Part shown: positions 26,939 through 35,057 of the stretch, in pieces
Position numbering within the stretch: position 1 is the stretch's first letter
How the letters are laid out: the number at the start of each line of letters is the position of its first letter
Program-made: the position numbers and the translations under genes
Assembly: GCA_028819215.1 (NCBI GenBank)
Contig: JAPPMG010000102.1
Span: forward strand, 69,541-133,540
Length of the DNA stretch: 64,000 nt
Direction of reading: 5' to 3'
From: Bryobacterales bacterium
GTDB lineage: Bacteria; Acidobacteriota; Terriglobia; Bryobacterales; UBA6623
The notes under the pieces: generated by a model
Databases searched by the model: none
Seen by the model: only the letters and a program-made list of their open reading frames with translations
What the model was told of the DNA's origin: nothing

Positions 26939-28150
26939 CTACTGAGTGTCGATTTGGACCAAGCCAGCAGACTTTGCCGCCGTCATCCGCGCGCCGGCGG
27001 CGGCCGTACGACGCGCCAGCTCGTCAATCTCCAACTCCTCAGCGCCTTTCACGTCAGAGCGAAGGATGTTCGCGATGGGCTCGGTCCACTTCTCGGCGAT
27101 CGCCCCCGCCCCGAGGATGACTCCCATCACGGGCCCTACATCGCCCGCATTTGTGTCCGTGTCCCAGGCAGACATGACAGCGATTCCGATCGTCTTGTCG
27201 AAGTCGCCCTCGCCATAGAGCAGCGCCAAGGCGATCACCGCGTTGTTCGGAAACACCCGGCGGTTCTTGGCACCTTCGGGCTCCCATTTGAGATCGATCT
27301 GCTCATGAGCCTTTTCCCAGTCGTCTGGCCACTGCTCGTGCCACTGCATCACGTCCCGGATGCAACGGGCGTAGTCGCTGTCCGCGGGGACTACCGCGAG
27401 TCCTGCCTCCAAGAGCTTGGTGGGGTCGGACTCAAAGAAAGCTTCGGCTGTCAGGGCCGCCATGAACATCTCGCCGTAAACGCCGGCGGTATGAAAGGCA
27501 ACCTCGGCGTCAATCCGCCCGTACTCGGCCGCCGCTTCCGGATTCCCGGGCAGCAAGAAGCCCCAGAGTTCCCCCTTCATCTGGCCCCCCATGAACTCGC
27601 CCGCTTCATGCTGGCCCGACTCCGGAGGCCTCACTCCCTGCTTCAGGAGTCTCTCCGCCACCCTCACGGCGCGACCGCAGTTCTGGGCCTCGAACACCGA
27701 AAAAGTCGCGAGCCACTGGTCAGCGGTGTCCTGGCTGGTGATCTCGGGCCCCTTCTCCTCGATCAACAGGAGATTCGCGACTTGGAAGAGCGTGTCGTCG
27801 TCGGGACCGAACCCAGCCGGACCCCAATGATCCACCGTGTGCCACTGCTCGCGGTCTGGATCCAGCTCAGGCCTCAGTGTCTTGATGTAGTCGGTAAGCG
27901 GCCACTGCCCCAAATCGGTGAGGAACGGCTTGAGGTCCCGCTTGTGCATCCTCTGAACGCTCATCCCCAGAGCGCTCCCGACCGCCCCGCCGAGCCAACC
28001 GCCGTGAATCTTCTCAAGATAGTCGGCAGCGCTCAGCGAGCGGACCGACAGGCTATCCTCGCCGGTCTGAGGAGCCTGTGCCCCGCCTCCGCATGCGGAG
28101 AGCATGGCGATGGTCAGGCACGTGGCTGGGATTGCGTTCACTAAGTTCAT
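26939..28150 (-). CDS. ADP-ribosylglycohydrolase (ARH/DraG) family lipoprotein
   Basis: ORF 26939..28150 (-), with GGAGGA upstream of the ATG. Lipobox MLSAC in MNLVNAIPATCLTIAMLSACGGG. ARH-type N-terminal glycine loop IHGGWLGGAVGSALG and C-terminal SAWDTDTNAGDVGPVMGVILGAGAI. Confidence 0.8.
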   Translation of the reverse strand: MNLVNAIPATCLTIAMLSACGGGAQAPQTGEDSLSVRSLSAADYLEKIHGGWLGGAVGSALGMSVQRMHKRDLKPFLTDLGQWPLTDYIKTLRPELDPDREQWHTVDHWGPAGFGPDDDTLFQVANLLLIEEKGPEITSQDTADQWLATFSVFEAQNCGRAVRVAERLLKQGVRPPESGQHEAGEFMGGQMKGELWGFLLPGNPEAAAEYGRIDAEVAFHTAGVYGEMFMAALTAEAFFESDPTKLLEAGLAVVPADSDYARCIRDVMQWHEQWPDDWEKAHEQIDLKWEPEGAKNRRVFPNNAVIALALLYGEGDFDKTIGIAVMSAWDTDTNAGDVGPVMGVILGAGAIAEKWTEPIANILRSDVKGAEELEIDELARRTAAAGARMTAAKSAGLVQIDTQ

Positions 28151-28335
28151 GGGTTCCTCCTGCTGACATCTGCCGCCGCTCGTAGTCTGGGCATCGTACT
28201 ACGGTTGGAGACGGTGATCCATGAGTCCGACACCGACAATGCCCGCGCGCGGAGAGATCTAGCTACAGATGTGGGTGCCTGTCGGAAGGGGCTATCGTCA
28301 GGCCAGTGCGTGACGGCGTGAAGGACGTCGAACGG

Positions 28336-29532
28336 TCAGCCGCACTTGTTGTTGTCGCATGGCCGCGTGCAAACTACCTTGTATTCGGGAGTCAGCCCGC
28401 AACCGACCGCGTTGGGATCGCTTGTCCCGCAGCGGAACCGGCACGGTGGCTCTTCGCCCCCAGCCGATGGCCTGGCGGGCGGTGGCCCCCCGGGACCGCG
28501 TCGGCGCGCCGGCAGGTCTAGAGCCTCTCGCAACGCGCCGAGTTCGACTCCTAGCGCCCGCGCCGAAGCGGCAAAGTTCATCGGATCGACACGTCCATCG
28601 GTCAGGCGCAGTGCCTTTGCCAGAGACTCAGTGTCGATGCCAAGGCGCTCGGCTGCTACGGCAACTTGTTCGGCGTTGGGAGGCTGGTCGGGCGGCGGAG
28701 GCCCCCTGCGCGGTCCGCCTTGAGAGACAGCAGGTGCTGCTTCGCGACCGGCGTCAGGCGAGGGTGTGCCCGAGAAGCAGCCCACAATATACGGCCAGCT
28801 CTCGGTGACGTGATAGTGATACGCCCCGCCGTGGTCGTCTCCGCTATGCCCATTGCAGCGATCCAAGTACTCGGGCCCCTGCCGGGGTTCGTAACGAAAC
28901 GCATCCCACGCGTCGATCTCGGGATCCCGCAGTTTCTTCCAACTGCTCTCGAACTTAACAACGCTTGAGCAATCTTCGTCAGCACAGCCATACGGACCGT
29001 AGACGGCGAAACCGTCAGCGGCGTAGGCGAGAATCGGCGATGGCTCGCCGGGCTTGATGCCGGCCGCAAGGCATGCTTGGACGAGCGCGTGGTAGTGGTA
29101 CTCCCTTGCGGTGTGGCCCATGCAGGCATCCATGATGGAGTTGTAGATTGGGTCCCCGAAGCCCGGATAGGGCACGCCGCCCTCGTTCGGTCCGAAGAAC
29201 GGGATGCCATTGATCGCGACGCCAACCGTGCCGAGCAGAGGGATAGGAGTCGGAGTCTCTGCCAGTTCCGGCCTGATCGGGAAGCGGTATTCGCGATTGG
29301 TCTCCAGCAGCGGGTTCGGGGTTATTTGGATGAACTCGTAGTGCGGGATCCCGTTGCTCCGGACCACCAGCGTATCTTCCTCGCACTCGACTTCGATGCG
29401 GGGTTTGGGGTAGTCGTCCCCGGCGCCTGGGAACCGCCCTACGTCCAAGAAGACATCTGCCGGGCACGGAGATTCCTGAGCGACAAGCGGAACGGCCAAA
29501 GCTGCAAGTAGGAGTATCCAGAGTGACTTCAT
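28336..29532 (-). CDS. YHYH-domain protein (secreted) with C-terminal extension
   Basis: Part of ORF 28336..29559 (-); ATG 29532 gives the signal MKSLWILLLAALAVPLVAQES. Two YHYH motifs (AREYHYHAL, GGAYHYHVTE). The Pro/Arg-rich and Cys-rich C-terminal ~140 aa lie outside the YHYH core. Confidence 0.7.
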   Translation of the reverse strand: MKSLWILLLAALAVPLVAQESPCPADVFLDVGRFPGAGDDYPKPRIEVECEEDTLVVRSNGIPHYEFIQITPNPLLETNREYRFPIRPELAETPTPIPLLGTVGVAINGIPFFGPNEGGVPYPGFGDPIYNSIMDACMGHTAREYHYHALVQACLAAGIKPGEPSPILAYAADGFAVYGPYGCADEDCSSVVKFESSWKKLRDPEIDAWDAFRYEPRQGPEYLDRCNGHSGDDHGGAYHYHVTESWPYIVGCFSGTPSPDAGREAAPAVSQGGPRRGPPPPDQPPNAEQVAVAAERLGIDTESLAKALRLTDGRVDPMNFAASARALGVELGALREALDLPARRRGPGGPPPARPSAGGEEPPCRFRCGTSDPNAVGCGLTPEYKVVCTRPCDNNKCG

Positions 29533-29581
29533 TGCTCGCGCTCCTCCTGTGTGGCCCACGCACCGGTCTCAACGGACGGTG

Positions 29582-30433
29582 TCACCTCGACTCCAAGTGT
29601 TCCCCAAGGAACGCTACAGTGGCCGCCCACGCTGATTCGGAGGCCTTCAGATTGGCACCTTCCCTGCCCGACTGCTGGCGCAGGAAGCCGTGTCCAGCGC
29701 CTTCGTAGATGTGATTCTCGAACGGCAAGCCCAGCCGCTGCATCTCCGCCTCGGCCGCCGGAATCGTGGAGTTCACGCGCATATCTTCCGAGCCGTAGAA
29801 TCCCGCCACCGGTGCCGTGATACGCGATATCGCGCGCTTGTCGGGAGATGTTCCGTAGTAGACCACTGCGGCTGCAAGGTTCGGCTCGTAGCCTGCGTAC
29901 GCAAAGGCCGTGCCGCCGCCCCAACAGAACCCGATCACCCCGAACTTGCCGTTCGACGCCGGCAGCCCCGCCCCGAACCGCCCAACCGCAGTCAGACGGC
30001 GCGCGACATCTTCGATCCTCAATCCCCGAATCAGCTGGACCGCTTCCTGCCGCTCGCTGGGTGTCTGACCATCGGGGCCTAAGCCAGTGAGTAGATCTGG
30101 CGCGATCGCGATGTAGCCAGCCCCAGCCAGCTGATCGGCAACTCCTCGTACCCAGTCAGTCAAGCCGAAAATCTCGTGAATGACGATCACGACAGGGGCT
30201 CGCGTTGCCCGTTCCGGGTAGGAGATCCACGCCCGCACCCTGTCATGCCACCCGCCACTAGCACCCTGACCCTCGCTGATCTCGACCCATTCGCCGTGGC
30301 GAGGGGTGGCTGCCAGCCGATCCTCTGCGGACTCCGCATCCGCAGGCAGCGCCGCTTCGTCGCGAATCGGGGCTGTCCACGCCAGAGCGAGCGCCACAGT
30401 CAGGCCAAATGCCAGCTTGCGGACCACCAGCAC
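29582..30433 (-). CDS. dienelactone hydrolase family protein (secreted)
   Basis: Part of ORF 29582..30541 (-). PVVIVIHEIFGLTDWVRGVADQLAGAGYIAIAPDLL and GVIGFCWGG nucleophile region. Start moved to GTG 30433 to clear the upstream sulfatase stop and yield the signal-like VLVVRKLAFGLTVALALAWTAP. Confidence 0.7.
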   Translation of the reverse strand: MLVVRKLAFGLTVALALAWTAPIRDEAALPADAESAEDRLAATPRHGEWVEISEGQGASGGWHDRVRAWISYPERATRAPVVIVIHEIFGLTDWVRGVADQLAGAGYIAIAPDLLTGLGPDGQTPSERQEAVQLIRGLRIEDVARRLTAVGRFGAGLPASNGKFGVIGFCWGGGTAFAYAGYEPNLAAAVVYYGTSPDKRAISRITAPVAGFYGSEDMRVNSTIPAAEAEMQRLGLPFENHIYEGAGHGFLRQQSGREGANLKASESAWAATVAFLGEHLESR

Positions 30434-30455
30434 TGCTCCAGAGCTCTGACTTGCC

Positions 30456-31868
30456 TCAATCGCGCAGTGCAGTGTCGATCCACGGCTCACGCGTCTCGTT
30501 GGGCCATCCGGCCACCGGGTCTCGCCCGCCGCGCCCGCCACGGCCCTTCTTCGCCTTGGGCGCCCCCTTCGCTGGCGCGCCCGGCCCTAGGCCGCGTGGC
30601 TGGATATCCTGGCTTACAGACGGCGGTCGTGGTATCGAGCGAATTCGTGCCAGCAACTCAGCCGCTAGATCTGGTTTGACCTCGATCAGATCGTGCTCTT
30701 CGCTGGGGTCGTCCTCGATCCTGTAAAGATGCATCGTCGTTTGATCTGAATTGCGGGGAGTAAATTCGACCAGTTTCCAGCCGTCCAGAAAGATGGCGTA
30801 GTTGCCGTCCACGCCGATTACGGTCTCACCGCGGTCAGCTGCCGTTCCGTCCTTCAGCGCCGGCCACATGTCCACTCCATCGAACGGCTTGACGTTCTGG
30901 GGCTTGACCCCGACTGCCGACGTGAGCGTCTGGAACCAGTCGTGCGCGCTGAACTGCTGCTCGAGCTTGCTTCCGGCGGTCAGGACGCCATTCCACCGAA
31001 CCGTTCCGGGAACTCGGATGCCCCCTTCGAACGTGCTGCCCTTGCCGCCCCGGAACGGGTCATTGCTGGCTCCGGCGCGGATACCGCCGCCGTTGTCGCT
31101 GACCCAGACCACCAGCGTGTCGTCGGCGATGCCCTCCGTCTCCAAAGCCGCCAGGATCTTTCCCACGCCATCGTCCATGGCGCTCACCATCGCTGCGAAC
31201 AGCTTCCTGTTGCCGTCAACATTGGGATAACGCTTCAAGTAGGTTTCTGTGGCCTGCAGTGGAGTGTGTGGGGCGTTGAACGCCACGTACAGGAACATCG
31301 GCTTCGACTTGTCGCGGGTCCGTAGCTGGTCAAGCGCTTCAGACGTGATCAGTTCCGTCGAGTACCCCTCTTCGCGCAGCACGTTCCCGTCGCGGTGCCA
31401 GTCGAGACCACCAAGCCAGTTGTGAGCAAAGTAGTCAACAGCGGCCCCAAGGTGCCCATAGGACCGGTCGAATCCTCGACGATACGGATGGGATGCGATC
31501 CTCTCGATCCCCAAGTGCCACTTGCCGGCCATGAACGTCTGGTACCCGGCAGCACGCAATGTCTGCGGCAAGAGGTGCTCGTCAAGAGGCAAGCCGCCAT
31601 TGGGGCCAATGGGACTGTCGACACCCTGGCGGATAGGGGAACGCCCCGTCATGAGCGCCACCCGAGTCGGACTGCAGAGAGGGAACGCATAGTACCGATC
31701 CAACTCGACGCCTTGCTTGACCAGCGCATCGATGTTCGGCGTCTTGATCTCGCTGCCGTGATAGCCAACATCGTTCCAGCCGAGGTCGTCCGCCATCATG
31801 AAGACGATATTTGGCGCTGCGCTCGCGAGAGCGGGCAATAGCAGCAAAAAAACGGTTCGGGCAAACAT
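30456..31868 (-). CDS. arylsulfatase (Cys-type, arylsulfatase B-like)
   Basis: Part of ORF 30456..31931 (-); ATG 31868 gives the signal MFARTVFLLLLPALASA. NIVFMMADDLGWNDVGYHG, active-site CSPTRVALMTGR, and later VVWVSDNGG. Confidence 0.85.
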   Translation of the reverse strand: MFARTVFLLLLPALASAAPNIVFMMADDLGWNDVGYHGSEIKTPNIDALVKQGVELDRYYAFPLCSPTRVALMTGRSPIRQGVDSPIGPNGGLPLDEHLLPQTLRAAGYQTFMAGKWHLGIERIASHPYRRGFDRSYGHLGAAVDYFAHNWLGGLDWHRDGNVLREEGYSTELITSEALDQLRTRDKSKPMFLYVAFNAPHTPLQATETYLKRYPNVDGNRKLFAAMVSAMDDGVGKILAALETEGIADDTLVVWVSDNGGGIRAGASNDPFRGGKGSTFEGGIRVPGTVRWNGVLTAGSKLEQQFSAHDWFQTLTSAVGVKPQNVKPFDGVDMWPALKDGTAADRGETVIGVDGNYAIFLDGWKLVEFTPRNSDQTTMHLYRIEDDPSEEHDLIEVKPDLAAELLARIRSIPRPPSVSQDIQPRGLGPGAPAKGAPKAKKGRGGRGGRDPVAGWPNETREPWIDTALRD

Positions 31869-32118
31869 GGGAGTCTCGCAGGGCTGCGGGTTACGATCGC
31901 CCAGGCGCCGGGCGGAGAGCTTAACCAGCATAGAACGTCAAGCGACTGTAGCACTGAACGGAAATCGCGACCGCTACCGTATCGGCCTCGCAAGCGCGAG
32001 TGTCAGACGCCAGCTGTCCGCGGCTAGGACCGGGATGGCAAGCTGGAATCGCCTGAGCAGGTCTTGGCTCATCCTGACCGGGAACGAGCATCCCACCCGG
32101 CTGTGATGCCTCGCCGAA

Positions 32119-33525
32119 TCAGTCGCGCGATGCTCGTTCCGCGAACGGCGGCCTCCTCTCGGGTGCCTGTGATGGGTGTGGGTTTCCAGGCAAGCCGTTT
32201 CCGGGAGGCGGCCTGCGCCGGCCATCGGGCAACCGCTCGTCGGCGGGAGCCGGGCCGCTGATGTTCTCGCCAATCGAGAAGCCGTCCAGAGTCGCCGCGA
32301 GGCGCTCGAAGGCTGCCGGCTCGCTCACCGCGAGGTCGCGGCTTTCACTCGGATCATCGAATATCCGATACAGTGTCCGCTCGCTGCGCCCCTCCGGGAG
32401 CGGGCGGTGGACAAGTTTCCACGGGCCATTGAAGACCGCAAACCATCCGGTGGCGCCGATCACCACTGCGCGCTCGCCTAGCGGTTCACGATCCCGGATC
32501 GTCGACCATACGCTCCTCCCATAGAAGGGCTTCTCGTTCCGTCCTTGAATGCCTGTGGCTTCCAACATTGTCGGAAACCAGTCATGCACCGTGATCAGGT
32601 CGTCGATCACTGCCCCGCCTTCTACCACGCCAGGCCAGTGAACTGCCGCGGGAGTCCGAATACCCCCCTCCCAAGTCTGGGTCTTCTCGCCTTTGAGCGG
32701 ACTGTTGTCGGCCCCGCCATCCGTTGCGAGCAGACCGCCGTTGTCACTGATGAAGACTATGATCGTGTCCCGCGCGATACCTTCGGACTCGATCGTGCCG
32801 AGGATTCGGCCGATTGCCGTGTCCATGCAGTCGACCATCGCCGCGAACACCCGGCGGCTCTCTTTTTCGATTTGCGCGTATTTCTTGACATACTCCGGCG
32901 GCGCTTGCAATGGCGTGTGCGGGGCGTTGAACGCCACCCAGAGCAAGAACGGCCGCTCAGGATCGCGGTCTAGGATTGCCCGGATTGCTTCATTGCCAAT
33001 GAGGGAAGTCGTATAGCCTTCGTCCCGCGCGGATTTTCCATTCCGCTGCCAGTCGTACGAGCCAGCAATGGTGTGCCGGAAATAATCGAGCCCGGGACCT
33101 GTGTGGCCATAGAACGTGTCGAAGCCGCGACTGTGCGGGAAGTACTTCACATGCGCATTGCCCAGATGCCACTTGCCCGTAGCGAACGTTTGGTAGCCTG
33201 CGGCGGCGAACGATTGGGGCATAAGATGCTCGTCTGTCGGCAGTCCGCGGGGGTGATTCGGGTTGAAGGGGCCGTGAACACCGATCTCCAGTGGTGAACG
33301 GCCTGTCAGCAGCGCAGCGCGCGTCGGAGAACACCACGGATAGGAGTAGTGGCGATCCAATCGCACTCCCGACGCTGCAATGGCGTCAATGTTCGGCGTC
33401 TGGATTTCGCTGCCGTGGTAGCCGACGTCGTTCCAGCCGAGATCATCGGCGACGAGGAAAACGACGTTGGGACTGGCGCTGGCCAAGACGGTAAGCACCA
33501 ACAAGAGAGCGATTCGAATGGACAT
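32119..33525 (-). CDS. arylsulfatase (Cys-type), tandem paralog
   Basis: Part of ORF 32119..33600 (-); ATG 33525 gives the signal MSIRIALLLVLTVLASA. NVVFLVADDLGWNDVGYHG, CSPTRAALLTGR, IIVFISDNGG. Clearly paralogous to 30456..31868. Confidence 0.85.
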   Translation of the reverse strand: MSIRIALLLVLTVLASASPNVVFLVADDLGWNDVGYHGSEIQTPNIDAIAASGVRLDRHYSYPWCSPTRAALLTGRSPLEIGVHGPFNPNHPRGLPTDEHLMPQSFAAAGYQTFATGKWHLGNAHVKYFPHSRGFDTFYGHTGPGLDYFRHTIAGSYDWQRNGKSARDEGYTTSLIGNEAIRAILDRDPERPFLLWVAFNAPHTPLQAPPEYVKKYAQIEKESRRVFAAMVDCMDTAIGRILGTIESEGIARDTIIVFISDNGGLLATDGGADNSPLKGEKTQTWEGGIRTPAAVHWPGVVEGGAVIDDLITVHDWFPTMLEATGIQGRNEKPFYGRSVWSTIRDREPLGERAVVIGATGWFAVFNGPWKLVHRPLPEGRSERTLYRIFDDPSESRDLAVSEPAAFERLAATLDGFSIGENISGPAPADERLPDGRRRPPPGNGLPGNPHPSQAPERRPPFAERASRD

Positions 33526-33609
33526 TGAGAAGCTGTAGCCGGGATTGTTACCGCCGGCAGGTCGGGCTCTGAAGTCCAAAGGATACCGTGAAGCGCCCAT
33601 TGGCCAGCG

Positions 33610-34557
33610 ATGGCCACGAGCGAATGGTGTGCCAGCAACGTTTTCGGCATCTCAGTGCCGTCGAACGGAACCGGTGCGCGTACCGATTCGCGATCCGCTC
33701 TCTGGCACCCCTCTAACATAAAAGGCGAAGTGGATCCCATTGCTGACAGACCTCGGACACGAGGACTTCGCTCTAGACTGCACCGCATCATCTTCGGTGT
33801 GGGTACGCCTGCCGGTAGGGCCTTTGACGTTGCGCTCTTGGTGGCGATCCTCCTGAGCGTCACCTGCGTAGTGCTCGAGAGTGTCCCGGAGATCAACGCA
33901 GAGTACGGCTTGCCTCTTCGGATAGCCGAGTGGTGCTTCACAATCCTCTTCACGATCGAATATGTGCTCAGACTGTGGACGGTCGCTCATGCGCGCTCAT
34001 ACGCCCTCAGCTTTCTCGGCATCGTCGACCTGCTCGCGATCCTGCCAACCTACTTGAGCGCGTTCTTCTCCGGACCCCAGTCCCTGGCGGTCGTGCGCGG
34101 AATCCGCCTCCTGCGGGTGTTTCGCGTGTTAAAGCTGATGCGCTTTGTCCGGGAGGGATCGGAGCTTGCCTCCGCGCTCTACTCCAGCCGCCGGAAGATC
34201 ACTGTCTTTGTTTCCGGCGTGATTTGCATCGCCGTGGTCTTCGGCACTGTGATGTACCTGATCGAAGACGACGAGTCGGGCTTTACGAGTATTCCGACCA
34301 GCATCTATTGGGCCATCGTGACCCTGACTACGGTCGGCTACGGAGACGTGGCGCCCAGCACCGCCTTGGGCCGTCTGCTATCCGGAATTCTCATGATCCT
34401 TGGGTATTCGATGATCGTGGTCCCTACAGGGATCGTGTCTGCCGAGATGGCTCGTGCTGACAACCCCTCTAGGCCCGGGCGCGTCTGCAACGGCTGTCAA
34501 GCCACCCGGCACGCCCGCGATGCAAAGTACTGTCGGGTTTGCGGCGAGGAGCTCTAG
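33610..34557 (+). CDS. voltage-gated K+ channel (6-TM, Kv-like) with C-terminal zinc-ribbon
   Basis: ORF 33610..34557 (+). S4 voltage-sensor repeat VVRGIRLLRVFRVLKLMRFVR, selectivity filter TLTTVGYGDV, C-terminal CNGC...CRVCG. Confidence 0.85.
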   Translation: MATSEWCASNVFGISVPSNGTGARTDSRSALWHPSNIKGEVDPIADRPRTRGLRSRLHRIIFGVGTPAGRAFDVALLVAILLSVTCVVLESVPEINAEYGLPLRIAEWCFTILFTIEYVLRLWTVAHARSYALSFLGIVDLLAILPTYLSAFFSGPQSLAVVRGIRLLRVFRVLKLMRFVREGSELASALYSSRRKITVFVSGVICIAVVFGTVMYLIEDDESGFTSIPTSIYWAIVTLTTVGYGDVAPSTALGRLLSGILMILGYSMIVVPTGIVSAEMARADNPSRPGRVCNGCQATRHARDAKYCRVCGEEL

Positions 34558-35057
34558 CTGGCGAAAGTCCGGCCGGCACCATCAAATGCTTGGGTGTCAA
34601 GGAATCGTGGCGCACAAGCCCAGGTGCCGGCAGGGGCCGTCCACGAAGCCTTCGTTGACAGGGCAACGCCGTCGCTTCATCGCACGGCACGTGGGCAAGC
34701 TACCGAACTTGTCGCGCCCCGGTCACGGTGACAACCGGCTTGCGGCTTAGCAGCGGCTCAAGTCTGCGCAAATGGCCAGCGCGCTCGATCATGAAGCGCG
34801 TTCTACTGTGAAAATTCGAAGTCTGCCTTCGAGATTCCTTGGTAAACGTGACGAATCTTGCGGAAGCAAGCGATTTCGAGACGATTGCGACACCGGTGGG
34901 CGCAGCAGTAGAGTGCATTCGTAGTACGTCAGGCTCGTCGGATACACCAGCGCCGCCCATGCACCGCTCAGAGCTGGGCAAACAGATGTACTGCAGACTC
35001 GCCTGTGGCTATCATTGCTTAGGTGCCCGCGGCGACGCGGCCGGGTGCCGACGACGA

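Noticed and set aside
26900-28144. 414-aa ORF on the plus strand spanning almost the whole ARH-like gene in antisense
   Set aside because: The minus-strand product has clear family motifs, a lipobox and a Shine-Dalgarno. The plus-strand translation is Arg/Pro/Gly/Leu-rich with no recognisable motif, typical of a shadow ORF in GC-rich DNA.
34469-34981. Minus-strand ORF ending ...LEPLLSRKPVVTVTGARQVR-stop, resembling the start of a COG1373/DUF4143-type AAA ATPase interrupted exactly at the Walker A position (GxRQxGK)
   Set aside because: Only about 30 residues resemble the family. Downstream sequence in the same frame shows no further similarity and runs into the K+ channel gene. It may be a decayed gene fragment but is too short to support.
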